Positions 25,592 through 34,661 of a DNA stretch of 64,000 nt are shown here, piece after piece. The first letter of the stretch is position 1. Each line of letters begins with the position of its first letter. A program made the position numbers and the translations under genes. The notes below the pieces were generated by a model, which was not told the origin of the DNA, made no database searches, and saw nothing but the letters and a program-made list of their open reading frames with translations. The stretch is from Deltaproteobacteria bacterium (lineage in GTDB: Bacteria; Myxococcota_A; Polyangia; Polyangiales; Polyangiaceae), in the NCBI GenBank assembly GCA_016218915.1, contig JACRCQ010000006.1:114964-178963 (forward strand), read 5' to 3'.

Positions 25592-26577
25592 CCAACGCCT
25601 TGCGATTGTTGTTCGTATGCGCTGCCGCGCTCATGATCTGCGCGTCGCCGGCGCTCTCCCACGCACAGGGGGCGCCGCAGGGAGCTTCGTCGGCGTCGGC
25701 CACCAACGACCCGAAGGCCGAGGCGATGGCACGCTACCAGCGTGGTATCGCGCTGTTCGACGAGAAGGACTACCAAGGGGCGCTCACGGAGCTGCGCAAG
25801 GCCTACCAGCTCGCTCCGACCTACAAGCTCCGCTACAAGATCGGGCAGGTCTGCTACCGCCTGCAGGACTACGCCTGCGCGCTCAAGGCATTTGATGCCT
25901 ACCTGTCCGAGGGCAAGAACGAGCTGTCCGCGGAGCGAAAGAAGGAAGTCGAGGAAGAGGCAGCACTGGTCCGCGCCCAGGTCGGCCGGATCGAGATCAC
26001 CACCAACACGTTCGGTGCTGCGATCGCAGTCGACGACGTGCCGGTCGGGACAACCCCGCTGGAAGAGCCGATCCTGGTGAGCATCGGCAAGCGCAAGGTC
26101 ACTGCGACCCGCGAGGGCAGGATGCCCATGAGCCAGGTGGTCGAGGTCGCTGGCGGCGAGCTGAAGAAGGTCTTCATCAACCTCCCCGAGCTCAAGGCCG
26201 AAACCCGTACGGTCAACGTGGAGACCCCGTCCAAGGTCACCACGCTCACCTGGGTGGGCCTGGGCGCCACCGGAGCTCTGGCAGCCGGCGCCATCATCAC
26301 GGGCGTGCTCGCCAAGGGTGCGTCCAACGACCTCAAGGACATGCGCTACACAGGCAACACGCCCACGCCCGAGATGGAGGACAAGCAGTCCTCGGTCAAG
26401 ACCCTCGCCTTGACGTCGGACATCTTCACCACTGCGGCTGTGCTGACGTTTGGCACCACGATGATCCTCACCTTTGCGCGCGCCACGCCAGCGGCGGTTC
26501 CCAGGAAAGAAGCCCGCGGGCCGGTTGTCAGGCCTGGGCTGGGACTCGGCAGCCTTTCCGTGTCAGGGGAGTTTTGA
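25582..26577 (+). CDS. secreted TPR plus PEGA domain protein with C-terminal TM segments
   Basis: ATG overlaps the kinase 3' end by 10 nt. Signal peptide MGLTNALRLLFVCAAALMICASPALSHA. TPR-like YQRGIALFDEKDYQGALTELRKAYQL. PEGA-like GRIEITTNTFGAAIAVDDVPVGTTPL. Confidence 0.85.
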   Translation: MGLTNALRLLFVCAAALMICASPALSHAQGAPQGASSASATNDPKAEAMARYQRGIALFDEKDYQGALTELRKAYQLAPTYKLRYKIGQVCYRLQDYACALKAFDAYLSEGKNELSAERKKEVEEEAALVRAQVGRIEITTNTFGAAIAVDDVPVGTTPLEEPILVSIGKRKVTATREGRMPMSQVVEVAGGELKKVFINLPELKAETRTVNVETPSKVTTLTWVGLGATGALAAGAIITGVLAKGASNDLKDMRYTGNTPTPEMEDKQSSVKTLALTSDIFTTAAVLTFGTTMILTFARATPAAVPRKEARGPVVRPGLGLGSLSVSGEF

Positions 26578-26578
26578 G

Positions 26579-28117
26579 ATGAGCAGCCCGATCCGCACTT
26601 GTCGTGCTCTGGCCATCGCACTTCCCCTCCTGTGCTCCGCGCTGCTCGCGGCTGGTTGCAGCTTCATCGTCGACAGCAAGATCAAGAAGGCCGGGATCGG
26701 CGGGGCGTGCGCATCCGACGACGACTGCCACGCCTCCACGTGCGATCGCGGGATCTGCGTGGCGAAATGCGAGGTGTCCGTCGACTGCCCCGTGCCTTCC
26801 ACCTGCGTGAAGAATCTCTGCCAGCTGCCTCTCAAGGTGCGCGGAGTCTGGGTGGGCGTGGTCTCGGGCGGCGAAGGCTGGACCCTCACCCACCAGGATG
26901 GCATCGACGGAGCAAAGGCCAATCTGGGCTACGTCGACTTCGGCTACAAAGAAGGGCTGATTGGACCGAGCGTGACGACCGCGATCGACGACTTCGTCAA
27001 GGAGGGCGCGCAGCTCATCATCGCGAACTCCTTCGACCATCGGGATCAGATCGCTGCAGGCGCGGCAAAGTATCCGGACGTCAAGTTCCTGATCTGCTCC
27101 GGACGAGCGAACAACACGAACATGGGCGCCTACTTCGGGCGGCTGGAGCAGGCGTGGTTCGTGGCCGGCAAGGTCGCAGCGCAAAAGGCCACGACCCGCA
27201 AGCGACTCGGCTTCGTGGGCTCCTACATCACGCCCGAGGTCGTGCGTCACGCCAACGCATTCCTTCGCGGCGCCCGAAGCGTCGTGCCGGAGATGACGCT
27301 CGAGGTTCGCTGGGTCGGCTTCTGGTACGACTACAACCAGACCCCGACGTTCACTTACAAGCTGGCTTCCGATCCGAATGCGGTCGAAGAGAAGCTGTTC
27401 GCCGAGGAATACGCAGCTGCGCTCTTGATCGACGGGGGCGCTGAGGTCGTGGCGCACCAGATGGACAACCAGCGCATCTCCCGATACGTGGAGAAGCACA
27501 CAGTTGCCCCCGGGGGGCTCAAGGACGTCTGGACCATCGCCAACGACAACCAGTACGGCTGGCGCAACTACGAGACCAAGGAGCCGCTGACCACGGCCCT
27601 GGGCGCCGTGTACTGGAACTGGACGAGCATGTACACGCGGCTGCTCGACGAGATCCACCGCCAGACCTGGAAGCCCTCCGAGGTCATGGACACGCTCATC
27701 CAGGACCACGCGACCAGCACGGTCTACTTCGAGCAGAACCTGAGCCCGAAGATCGGGATCGATGACACGGTCGTGCGCGCGTATCTCAACGAGCAGGCCC
27801 AGAAGAGCTACCTCGAGGTCTTCAGGGGTCCCTACGAGACCACGGGGCAGCGCGCAGCCTTGAAGGAGGGCGAGGCGTTGTCCGAGGACGAGTGGCGCTC
27901 GATGTGCTGGTTCTCCGATGGCGTGGTCGAGAAGGCCGATCCTACCAAGGCCGACCTGACCTCGCCGGATCAGCCGGCCAAGGTCCCGGCGTCCGACTAC
28001 CAGCCCGCAGACCCTGCCAACACCGCCCCGACCACCGCGCCTTGGATCCTGCTTGCGGTGCCGGGTACGCCTAGGGGCGTGGCCTGGAACTGCAGCGAAA
28101 ACCAGATCAAGCAGTAG
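26579..28117 (+). CDS. BMP-family (Med/PnrA-like) substrate-binding lipoprotein with an N-terminal Cys-rich insert
   Basis: ORF 26474..28117 trimmed to the ATG at 26579, 1 nt after the upstream stop. MSSPIRTCRALAIALPLLCSALLAAGC lipobox. CASDDDCHASTCDRGICVAKCEVSVDCPVPSTCVKNLC module. BMP-like core (DFVKEGAQLIIANSF..YPDVKFL..LGFVGSY). Confidence 0.8.
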   Translation: MSSPIRTCRALAIALPLLCSALLAAGCSFIVDSKIKKAGIGGACASDDDCHASTCDRGICVAKCEVSVDCPVPSTCVKNLCQLPLKVRGVWVGVVSGGEGWTLTHQDGIDGAKANLGYVDFGYKEGLIGPSVTTAIDDFVKEGAQLIIANSFDHRDQIAAGAAKYPDVKFLICSGRANNTNMGAYFGRLEQAWFVAGKVAAQKATTRKRLGFVGSYITPEVVRHANAFLRGARSVVPEMTLEVRWVGFWYDYNQTPTFTYKLASDPNAVEEKLFAEEYAAALLIDGGAEVVAHQMDNQRISRYVEKHTVAPGGLKDVWTIANDNQYGWRNYETKEPLTTALGAVYWNWTSMYTRLLDEIHRQTWKPSEVMDTLIQDHATSTVYFEQNLSPKIGIDDTVVRAYLNEQAQKSYLEVFRGPYETTGQRAALKEGEALSEDEWRSMCWFSDGVVEKADPTKADLTSPDQPAKVPASDYQPADPANTAPTTAPWILLAVPGTPRGVAWNCSENQIKQ

Positions 28118-28209
28118 CCAGCTTCACACGCGCTGCATCGTTCCTCCTCAATACCTTCACGCGCCATTTCCCCTCGGAGCGTCATGATTGAGGTGGAGCT
28201 GCTTCCACC

Positions 28210-28509
28210 ATGACCCTGAGGCCCCTGCTGGTCCGACGCCCCCACGCTTTGCCCATGGCAGAGCTGCGCAGGAGGCTGGAGCGTGCCGCACGGCTGGCCC
28301 AGGAGCGCCACCATGTGGCGTGGCGATGGCAGGACGGGGCCTTGGAGGTCTACCCACCCCCTGGAATGGCCGCGGGCGCCAGGGGACGCGTGATGGTCGG
28401 AGAGAGCGACCTTCGAATCGAGCTGCACCTTCCGCTGCGCTTCGGGCCTGCGCGTTCGGCGATCGAGTCTCGGATCGAGCGCAAGCTCGACGACTTCCTG
28501 CAGGGATAG
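28210..28509 (+). CDS. small conserved hypothetical protein (resembles the ~90-aa polyhydroxyalkanoic-acid-system family)
   Basis: 99 aa, GAGGTGGAG upstream. The family resemblance (W..G..L.V....G..G.V.V....L.IE..L) comes from memory only. Confidence 0.55.
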   Translation: MTLRPLLVRRPHALPMAELRRRLERAARLAQERHHVAWRWQDGALEVYPPPGMAAGARGRVMVGESDLRIELHLPLRFGPARSAIESRIERKLDDFLQG

Positions 28510-28545
28510 GCTGCAGGCTTCAGGCTTCGGGCTGCAGGCAGCCTA
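28507..28545. terminator. bidirectional hairpin whose stem includes both convergent TAG stop codons
   Basis: TAGGCTGC (28507-28514) pairs with GCAGCCTA (28538-28545). The loop holds GGCTTC direct repeats. There is no clear U-tract. Confidence 0.45.
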
Positions 28546-28779
28546 CTTACGAAGATCCTGGCACTTGCCGTCGATGCAGAGCAGATCGCCCTTGCAGTCG
28601 TCGTTCTTGGTGCACGAGGACGGGCCACTACCGGTCAAGGTCTGATCGACGCGCTGGTTGAGCGACTTGGAGAGCGTGTCGCTCGCAAAGCCGCATGAGA
28701 GGGCGGCTCCGGCCGCGAGGCACGTTGTCGCTGCGGCTGCGCACGCTGCCAGCCCAGGCCATGCAATCGGGTGCTTCAC
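28543..28779 (-). CDS. small Cys-containing lipoprotein
   Basis: C-terminal 78 codons of spurious ORF 28543..29802. GTG at 28779 is preceded by a GAAAGGAAG Shine-Dalgarno. VKHPIAWPGLAACAAAATTCLAAGAALSCG is a signal peptide plus lipobox. It ends with CTKNDDCKGDLLCIDGKC, a motif shared with other Cys-rich proteins here. Confidence 0.6.
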   Translation of the reverse strand: MKHPIAWPGLAACAAAATTCLAAGAALSCGFASDTLSKSLNQRVDQTLTGSGPSSCTKNDDCKGDLLCIDGKCQDLRK

Positions 28780-28887
28780 GGGGCGGCTTCCTTTCTGTCG
28801 GCGTTCCGGACTCCGGGCGTCTTCCAGGCAGCCATGATACCGCAGAGCGCCAGGCAATGGGGGGCTCCGTGTCCAGAGCGCCATGGT

Positions 28888-29913
28888 ATGACCGCGTCGG
28901 AACGACCCTTGATCGATCTGCAGCCAGGCATCGTCATTGCGGATCGCTACCGGATTCTGCGCAAGATCGGCTCCGGCGGCATGGCCAGCGTGTACGAGGC
29001 GCACGACGCCAAGAAGAAGCGTCGGGTCGCCCTGAAGATCCCCTACGAGCCATTCTGGATGGACCGTCGAGCCATGAAACGCTTCCTTCGCGAAGCGCGG
29101 GCGACCCTGCCGATCCGTTCGCCGCACGTGGTTCGCACCCTCGCGGTTGGCAGGCAGTCCGACGGGATGCCGTACATGGTCATGCAGTTCGTGGAGGGCA
29201 CCCCCCTTCGCGACATCATGTACTCCGATGGCAAGCAGCGTCAGCTTCCCACCGAGCTCGCGCTCACGCTGCTCCATCAGATAGCCACCGGGCTCGCTGC
29301 TGCGCACGAAGTCCAGGTCATCCACCGCGACGTCAAACCGGACAATGTGCTGGTCACCTTCCTGGGGGAGACCCCTGTGGCCAGGCTCTTCGACTTCGGG
29401 CTGTCGCTGGCTGCCACCGAAGCTGCGACTTCGCGCCTGACCGAGCCGAATACCACGCTGGGGACACCGCAGTACATGCCGCCCGAGCAGGCCCAGAGCG
29501 CACGGCAGGCGGATGCGCGCGCGGACGTCTACTCGCTCGGAATCATCGCCTACGAGCTGCTGGCGGGCAGCCTCCCCTTTGAAGGCGAGGACGCACAAGA
29601 GGTGTGGCGCAACGCCTGGCGGGGCCATGCCATCCCGCTGGGCCAATCCCGGCCCGACCTTCCTGCGCCCCTCGCAGACGAGATCATGCGGGCGATCTCT
29701 CGCGATCCGGAGCAACGCCACCCGACGGCCGCGGCCTTTCGAGCTGCGATCGAGCCGTACGTCCCGGCCAGCGCCCGCGCGGCCCCGCCCCGGGGTGCCC
29801 ATGCGGATGATTCGACGGACGGGCTGACCTGGCCCCTGGTCGTCGGCGCGACGTTCGCCGGCGTGATCGCGATTGGAATGCTGATCATCCTGCTGCTGCG
29901 GTGGATGCAGTAG
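28888..29913 (+). CDS. Ser/Thr protein kinase, C-terminally membrane anchored
   Basis: ORF 28771..29913 trimmed to M40. GSGGMASVY, VALK, HRDVKPDNVLV, DFGLS, GTPQYMPPEQ motifs. C-terminal TM segment LVVGATFAGVIAIGMLIILLL. Confidence 0.9.
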   Translation: MTASERPLIDLQPGIVIADRYRILRKIGSGGMASVYEAHDAKKKRRVALKIPYEPFWMDRRAMKRFLREARATLPIRSPHVVRTLAVGRQSDGMPYMVMQFVEGTPLRDIMYSDGKQRQLPTELALTLLHQIATGLAAAHEVQVIHRDVKPDNVLVTFLGETPVARLFDFGLSLAATEAATSRLTEPNTTLGTPQYMPPEQAQSARQADARADVYSLGIIAYELLAGSLPFEGEDAQEVWRNAWRGHAIPLGQSRPDLPAPLADEIMRAISRDPEQRHPTAAAFRAAIEPYVPASARAAPPRGAHADDSTDGLTWPLVVGATFAGVIAIGMLIILLLRWMQ

Positions 29914-29922
29914 CGCTCGAGG

Positions 29923-31320
29923 TCAGGGGCAGGCGCCACCGTTCACGCAGATCGGCGGGCCCGAAGCGCTGAAACCGGTGCAGCAGGTGCCGTTGGAACC
30001 GAAGTAGGAGCTGCAAACCGAGGAGCATGGGCACGTGCTGCAGCCGGTCGCTGGTCCGTATCGCCTGCAATTGCCGGCCACGCAGACCTCGTCGGTGTCG
30101 CACTTGTCTCCGCACCCCCCACAGTTGAGCGGATCCGTCTCCGGCGCTGTGCAGTAGTCCTTGCCCATCGAGTGGCAGGTGTCCATGGAACCGGGACACG
30201 ACGCGCTCGTGCATGACCCGGACTGGCAGGTCTGGTTGAAGGAGCAGGCGTTCCCGCAGGAGCCGCAATGGCTGGGGTCGTAGCCCAGATCGCGGCATGT
30301 CCCCGAGCAATCGGTGAGCCCTGGCCGGCACACGCACGCGCCTGCAGCACAGATCTGGGAGCTCTTGCAGCCGTTGTAGCAGCTGCCGCACCGCTGGGGA
30401 TCGTTCTGGGTGTCGGCGCACTCACCGCCGCACGACTCGAGCCCTCCCGGGCACATGCACTTGCCGGCCGAGCACGTCTCGATTGCGTTGCACTTGTGGT
30501 AGCAGCTCCCGCAGTGTGCAGGGTCGCTCTGCGTGTCGACGCACTTGCCATTGCAGGATTCCGTGTCCGGCGTGCACTCGCACTTGTATCCGACGCAGAC
30601 GAGCGCGGGGTCGCCACAATTGCCATCGCTCAGGCATCGCACGCAGGTGCCTGTGCCGGTCTCGCAATAGGGGTGCTCCGCCGTGCAGGTGCTGTCATCC
30701 CTGCACTGCTTGCACAATCGCTGTGAAGCATCGCAGACCGGTTTGCTCGTGCCCTCGCACCCGGAGTCGTCCAGGCACTCCACGCAGATCCCTTCGGTGG
30801 TGTCACAGGTCGACAGCGGAGGCGCGCACTGGGCGCTCGACGAGCAGATCGGAACGCACTTGTGGAGGATCGAGTCACAGGAGAGGTTCGGGCTGCCGCA
30901 GTTGGCAGGGGTCAGACATCCCACGCACTGGTTGGTGGACTTGTCGCAGTACTGGGTCGGAGCTGAGCAGTGGCTGTTGCTGACGCACTTCACGCAGATG
31001 TGCGTGGCAGGATCGCAGACGGGGGTGTTGGTTCCCTGGCATTGCGCATCGGTCTGGCATCCCGCGGCCGCATCGGACGGGGAGCCGCCTGCGCCGCCGG
31101 TGCCGCCCGCCGAGCCATCCTTGCTGCCTGCAGCGCCGTCGATCTTCCCAACTGCTCCGTCCACGGCTGCGTCGGCGGCGCCCCCCGTTCCTGCATCTGC
31201 CGACGCTCCGCCTACGCCACCTGCGGAAGTGCCTTCCGAGCTGCCGCAGGCGGTGGGCAGCGCAATGCAGGGCGCCACTGCGACGGCGATCCACCAGGCT
31301 ATCGTTCTCGGCAGGGTCAT
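29923..31320 (-). CDS. Cys-rich repeat lipoprotein (DPxxCGxCxxxC modules)
   Basis: ORF 29923..31512 trimmed to MTLPRTIAWWIAVAVAPCIALPTACGSS. Gly/Ala tether. Then single Cys knots (CQTDAQCQG..PVCD) and four modules such as DPAHCGSCYHKCNAIETCSAGKC, DPQRCGSCYNGCKSSQICAAGAC, DPSHCGSCGNACSFNQTCQSGSC and DPLNCGGCGDKCDTDEVCVAGNC. Confidence 0.85.
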   Translation of the reverse strand: MTLPRTIAWWIAVAVAPCIALPTACGSSEGTSAGGVGGASADAGTGGAADAAVDGAVGKIDGAAGSKDGSAGGTGGAGGSPSDAAAGCQTDAQCQGTNTPVCDPATHICVKCVSNSHCSAPTQYCDKSTNQCVGCLTPANCGSPNLSCDSILHKCVPICSSSAQCAPPLSTCDTTEGICVECLDDSGCEGTSKPVCDASQRLCKQCRDDSTCTAEHPYCETGTGTCVRCLSDGNCGDPALVCVGYKCECTPDTESCNGKCVDTQSDPAHCGSCYHKCNAIETCSAGKCMCPGGLESCGGECADTQNDPQRCGSCYNGCKSSQICAAGACVCRPGLTDCSGTCRDLGYDPSHCGSCGNACSFNQTCQSGSCTSASCPGSMDTCHSMGKDYCTAPETDPLNCGGCGDKCDTDEVCVAGNCRRYGPATGCSTCPCSSVCSSYFGSNGTCCTGFSASGPPICVNGGACP

Positions 31321-31348
31321 CGCGTCGTCCCTTTCACGTGGCCTCGAG

Positions 31349-32356
31349 TCAAGGACAGGCAGAGCCCGAGGTCTCGCACCCGTCGTCCGGGCTGGGAGCA
31401 GCCGGCTTGGTGCAATCCGTGAAGCCGGTGTTGCACACCGGGCTGCACGCGCCGGAAATGCAGTTGGTGACGAGGGCATTGGCCAGCGAGCATGCGCGTC
31501 CGCACGCGCCACAGTTCGACAAGCTGCTGGTCGTGTTGGTGCATGTGCCGCCGCAGACGGTCTGGCCGCCAGGACAGGACGTGCCGCACTGCCCCGCCAC
31601 GCAGGTGGCCGAGCCTCCTATGGGAGCAGGGCAGGTGTTGTTGCAGGACCCGCAATAGTCGATGTCCGTGGACAGATCGACGCAGTCGCCGCTGCAGTCG
31701 GTCAGCCCTGCGTTGCAGGTGTAGCTGCAGCTGCCGTTCGTACAGAATACGCTGGCGTTGGAGGGCTGCGGACACGCGTGGCCACACGTGCTGCAGTTGC
31801 TGGGGTCGGTCAGCAGGTTCGCGCACGTGCTGCCGCAGGGAGAGTATCCGGAGTTGCACTGCAGTCCGCACACGCCGCTGGTGCATGTGGCCGTGCCATT
31901 GCCCGGCACCGGACAACCGTGCCCGCACTGTCCGCAGCTCGTGAGGCTGCTCGAGGTCTGGGTCTCGCATCCGTTGACCAGGCTGGTGTCGCAATCCCCC
32001 CACCAGGGCTCGCACGTCAGCGCGAGGCACTGCCCTTCCTGGCACGCGTACTTGGTCACATGCGGCGCGCTGCAGGGCGAGCAGGACGTCGGAGCGCAGC
32101 CGTAGGCGGGGTCATCCACGGGCACGCACTGCCCGCTGCACTGCTTGCAGCCCGCATCGACGGGCGAATCCTTCTGCCCATCCTTGCCTGCTTCAGGAGC
32201 GTCCTTCGAGGCGTCCGGCGCGGGCGGCGCGTCTACCGCGCCGTCCGGCTTCGGGTTGAACGACGGCTCCGCAAATGCAGCGTCGAAGTCGAGCGAGCAG
32301 GCGGGCAGAGAGAGCCCCGCAACAACCAAGAACCAAGCTGAGCGTACGCATTCCAT
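31349..32356 (-). CDS. Cys-rich repeat lipoprotein (paralogue-like neighbour of 29923..31320)
   Basis: Only the last 335 codons of the 1227-aa ORF 31349..35032 are credible. MECVRSAWFLVVAGLSLPAC lipobox. Modules SCGQCGHGCP..CTSGVCGLQC, NCSTCGHACP..CTNGSCSYTC, YCGSCNNTCP..CVAGQCGTSC and NCGACGRACS..CISGACSPVC. Confidence 0.82.
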   Translation of the reverse strand: MECVRSAWFLVVAGLSLPACSLDFDAAFAEPSFNPKPDGAVDAPPAPDASKDAPEAGKDGQKDSPVDAGCKQCSGQCVPVDDPAYGCAPTSCSPCSAPHVTKYACQEGQCLALTCEPWWGDCDTSLVNGCETQTSSSLTSCGQCGHGCPVPGNGTATCTSGVCGLQCNSGYSPCGSTCANLLTDPSNCSTCGHACPQPSNASVFCTNGSCSYTCNAGLTDCSGDCVDLSTDIDYCGSCNNTCPAPIGGSATCVAGQCGTSCPGGQTVCGGTCTNTTSSLSNCGACGRACSLANALVTNCISGACSPVCNTGFTDCTKPAAPSPDDGCETSGSACP

Positions 32357-32500
32357 GTGCGAAAGGCCGTGTGCGCGGCCCCCAGGCCCAAAGCCTACCA
32401 CGTTCTGCCTGAACCCTAGGAAATCAGAGCCGTCCGCGCAGCAGCGCCCCCCCGACCCCTCTGACCCCTGTTCGCTCCGAATAGCCATCGCCTCCTCGGA

Positions 32501-34045
32501 ATGATACGATACGCCCCGCAAATGACCTATCCAAGGATCACGCTGCTCGCGGGCGCTCTGGCAGCCGCTCTCGCCTCCTGCGCGGACTCGTCCGAGCCCT
32601 CGGCTGCTGCGGAGTCGGGACGCACCGCGCGCGATTCGCGCCCGGACGGCCTCTTCGCGGACTTCCTCGACGGCAAGTACGACAGCGCCGGGCACCCCTT
32701 CGGTGCCGCAGTGGTCGAGGCGGAAAGCGCCTGCGAGCATGACACCGGCATGGCAGAAGCCGAGGGGTGGGCTGCGCTCGCGGACAAGCATGCGCCGGGA
32801 ATCCTGTGCCGAGCCAAGGCATCCGCAGTCGGCAAGGGCGTATTCACCGTGAGCGTGCGCGCCCTGTCCCAGGAGCCTGACGCCGCAGCAGGACCTGCCG
32901 TGCTCTCCGTCAAGGTGCGTGACCTGCAAGGCGCCGAGCTCGGCTCCAAGGAGTTCATGAGCAAAAGCTGGCCTGCCATGACCTGGCAGAACCTCGCCGT
33001 TCGGTTCTCCATGGCCGACGCAGGACCGGTGTCCATCGAGGTCGCATGGTCCGGCGGCAGCCCGGTGCGCATCGACTACCTCGAGATGTTCCGATCCGAG
33101 CGTCAGCTGGTCCTGAGCCCTGCTTCGGGCGTGCTCGCGCCCGGAGCGCAGATGCAATTCGAATTCAACGACCCGCCGACCGGCTCGAAGCTCGAGGCGG
33201 ACTGCGATGGCGTGGATCAGACGCAAGTGCTGACCGATCTGATCGCAGCGGGCAAAGCCACCAAGCAGACCACGGACTTCCGGCTGATTGTGACTGCGCC
33301 TGCGGATGCGCTGCTCGCCGCGTGCAACCTCCCTTCCCGTTTCAAGGTCAAGGCCGTGGCAGGCGATCAGGTGCGCGCCACCAGCCGGGTCAGCTACCGC
33401 CTCGCGCCGATCGAGTGCGCATTCGAGCCTGGCAAGGTGGCCGTGCTCCTCACTGGTTTTGAGCCCTTCCCTGCGGATTCGACCTCGGACAACAGCGCAG
33501 AGCGCGCGGTCAAAGGCTTTGACGCGTCGTCGCTGCCCCAGGTGTCCGTGATGCGGATGATCCTTCCTGTGGAGTATGACGCAGCGCCGGGCTGGGTCGC
33601 GGACGCGATCGAGCGGTGCAAGCCCGACGTGATCGTGGGGTTCGGGCAGGGTCGATGCGCGGTGGACCTCGAGACCACGTCGTACAACCTCAAGGACACC
33701 GCCGAGGTGTCCGGAGGCGTGCCAGACAACCGCGGAGTGATCTATGGCGGCGATCCGATCGTCGAAGGGGGACCGGCGCAGCTGTCCTCCCTGCTGCCCG
33801 TGGACAAGATCCTCGCGCAGCTGCAGGAAGAATCGATTGACTCCGGGCTGAGCGACGATCCGGGCAGGTACGTGTGCAACAACCTGTTCTACACGATCAT
33901 GACGAAGATCCAGGGCACTGGGCGGATCGGCGGGTTCGTGCACCTGCCAAGGATGCACTCGGTCGATCCAGCGTCCCAGGCCATGCTTCAGAAAGTGGTC
34001 ACGGCCGTTGTGGAGCAGTCCGCCGCGGTGGTTGGCGGGCGCTGA
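32501..34045 (+). CDS. lipoprotein with unknown N-terminal domain fused to a pyroglutamyl-peptidase I (peptidase C15)-like domain
   Basis: MIRYAPQMTYPRITLLAGALAAALASCADS lipobox. The C-terminal ~210 aa carry VLLTGFEPFP, DNSAE, GRYVCNNLFY (Cys nucleophile context) and GFVHLP (His context) in the order seen in Pcp enzymes. Confidence 0.8.
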   Translation: MIRYAPQMTYPRITLLAGALAAALASCADSSEPSAAAESGRTARDSRPDGLFADFLDGKYDSAGHPFGAAVVEAESACEHDTGMAEAEGWAALADKHAPGILCRAKASAVGKGVFTVSVRALSQEPDAAAGPAVLSVKVRDLQGAELGSKEFMSKSWPAMTWQNLAVRFSMADAGPVSIEVAWSGGSPVRIDYLEMFRSERQLVLSPASGVLAPGAQMQFEFNDPPTGSKLEADCDGVDQTQVLTDLIAAGKATKQTTDFRLIVTAPADALLAACNLPSRFKVKAVAGDQVRATSRVSYRLAPIECAFEPGKVAVLLTGFEPFPADSTSDNSAERAVKGFDASSLPQVSVMRMILPVEYDAAPGWVADAIERCKPDVIVGFGQGRCAVDLETTSYNLKDTAEVSGGVPDNRGVIYGGDPIVEGGPAQLSSLLPVDKILAQLQEESIDSGLSDDPGRYVCNNLFYTIMTKIQGTGRIGGFVHLPRMHSVDPASQAMLQKVVTAVVEQSAAVVGGR

Positions 34046-34651
34046 ATGATCGGCGCGGATCCGTCCGCATTCTCGGCGCTGCAGTATGCGCACGCCATGG
34101 AACATGCAGGGCGCGTGCAGGAAGCCGCTGACTACCTGGAGCAGTACGCGCTGTCGGCGTGGCCGAGGAGCAGGGCCGCGCTCGCCGAAGCCTACCAGCA
34201 ATCCGGCGGTCAGCTCTGCCCCCGGGCCATGATCGTGATGAACGACCGACGTGGCAGGGTCTACCGCAACTCGCAGATTACGAAGTTCGCAACCACTCTG
34301 TTTTTCGCCTTTCTGTGGGCTGGCGCCTGCGGGTGGTCCACCTACAGCGCACTCGAATCCAACCCGTGGTGGTTCGCTGGTTCGGCGTTGGCCGGAGCTG
34401 CAGCGCTGCTGCTGCTCCTCGCCTCGTTGGGGGCACTCTTCACCCGGAACGCCTGGCAGCGAGCGCAGTGGGCGATGGTCGTGGATCTTGTCCATCCAGA
34501 GGACCATTCGTCGACCTGTGGCGCAAAGGTCGTGCTCGACACGCAGCCTGGCAAAGTTCATCAAATCCAGTTCGAGTCCAATCAGGCCGTGGATCGCGGT
34601 ATGCGCCTGCTCGTCATCGACACGGGCGGCGGCGTGGAGTGGCTCCCCTGA
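34046..34651 (+). CDS. hypothetical membrane protein (two TM segments)
   Basis: The ATG immediately follows the upstream TGA. FATTLFFAFLWAGACGWSTY and FAGSALAGAAALLLLLASLGALF are hydrophobic spans. GC3 is consistent with coding. Confidence 0.6.
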   Translation: MIGADPSAFSALQYAHAMEHAGRVQEAADYLEQYALSAWPRSRAALAEAYQQSGGQLCPRAMIVMNDRRGRVYRNSQITKFATTLFFAFLWAGACGWSTYSALESNPWWFAGSALAGAAALLLLLASLGALFTRNAWQRAQWAMVVDLVHPEDHSSTCGAKVVLDTQPGKVHQIQFESNQAVDRGMRLLVIDTGGGVEWLP

Positions 34652-34661
34652 GGGTGATGCG

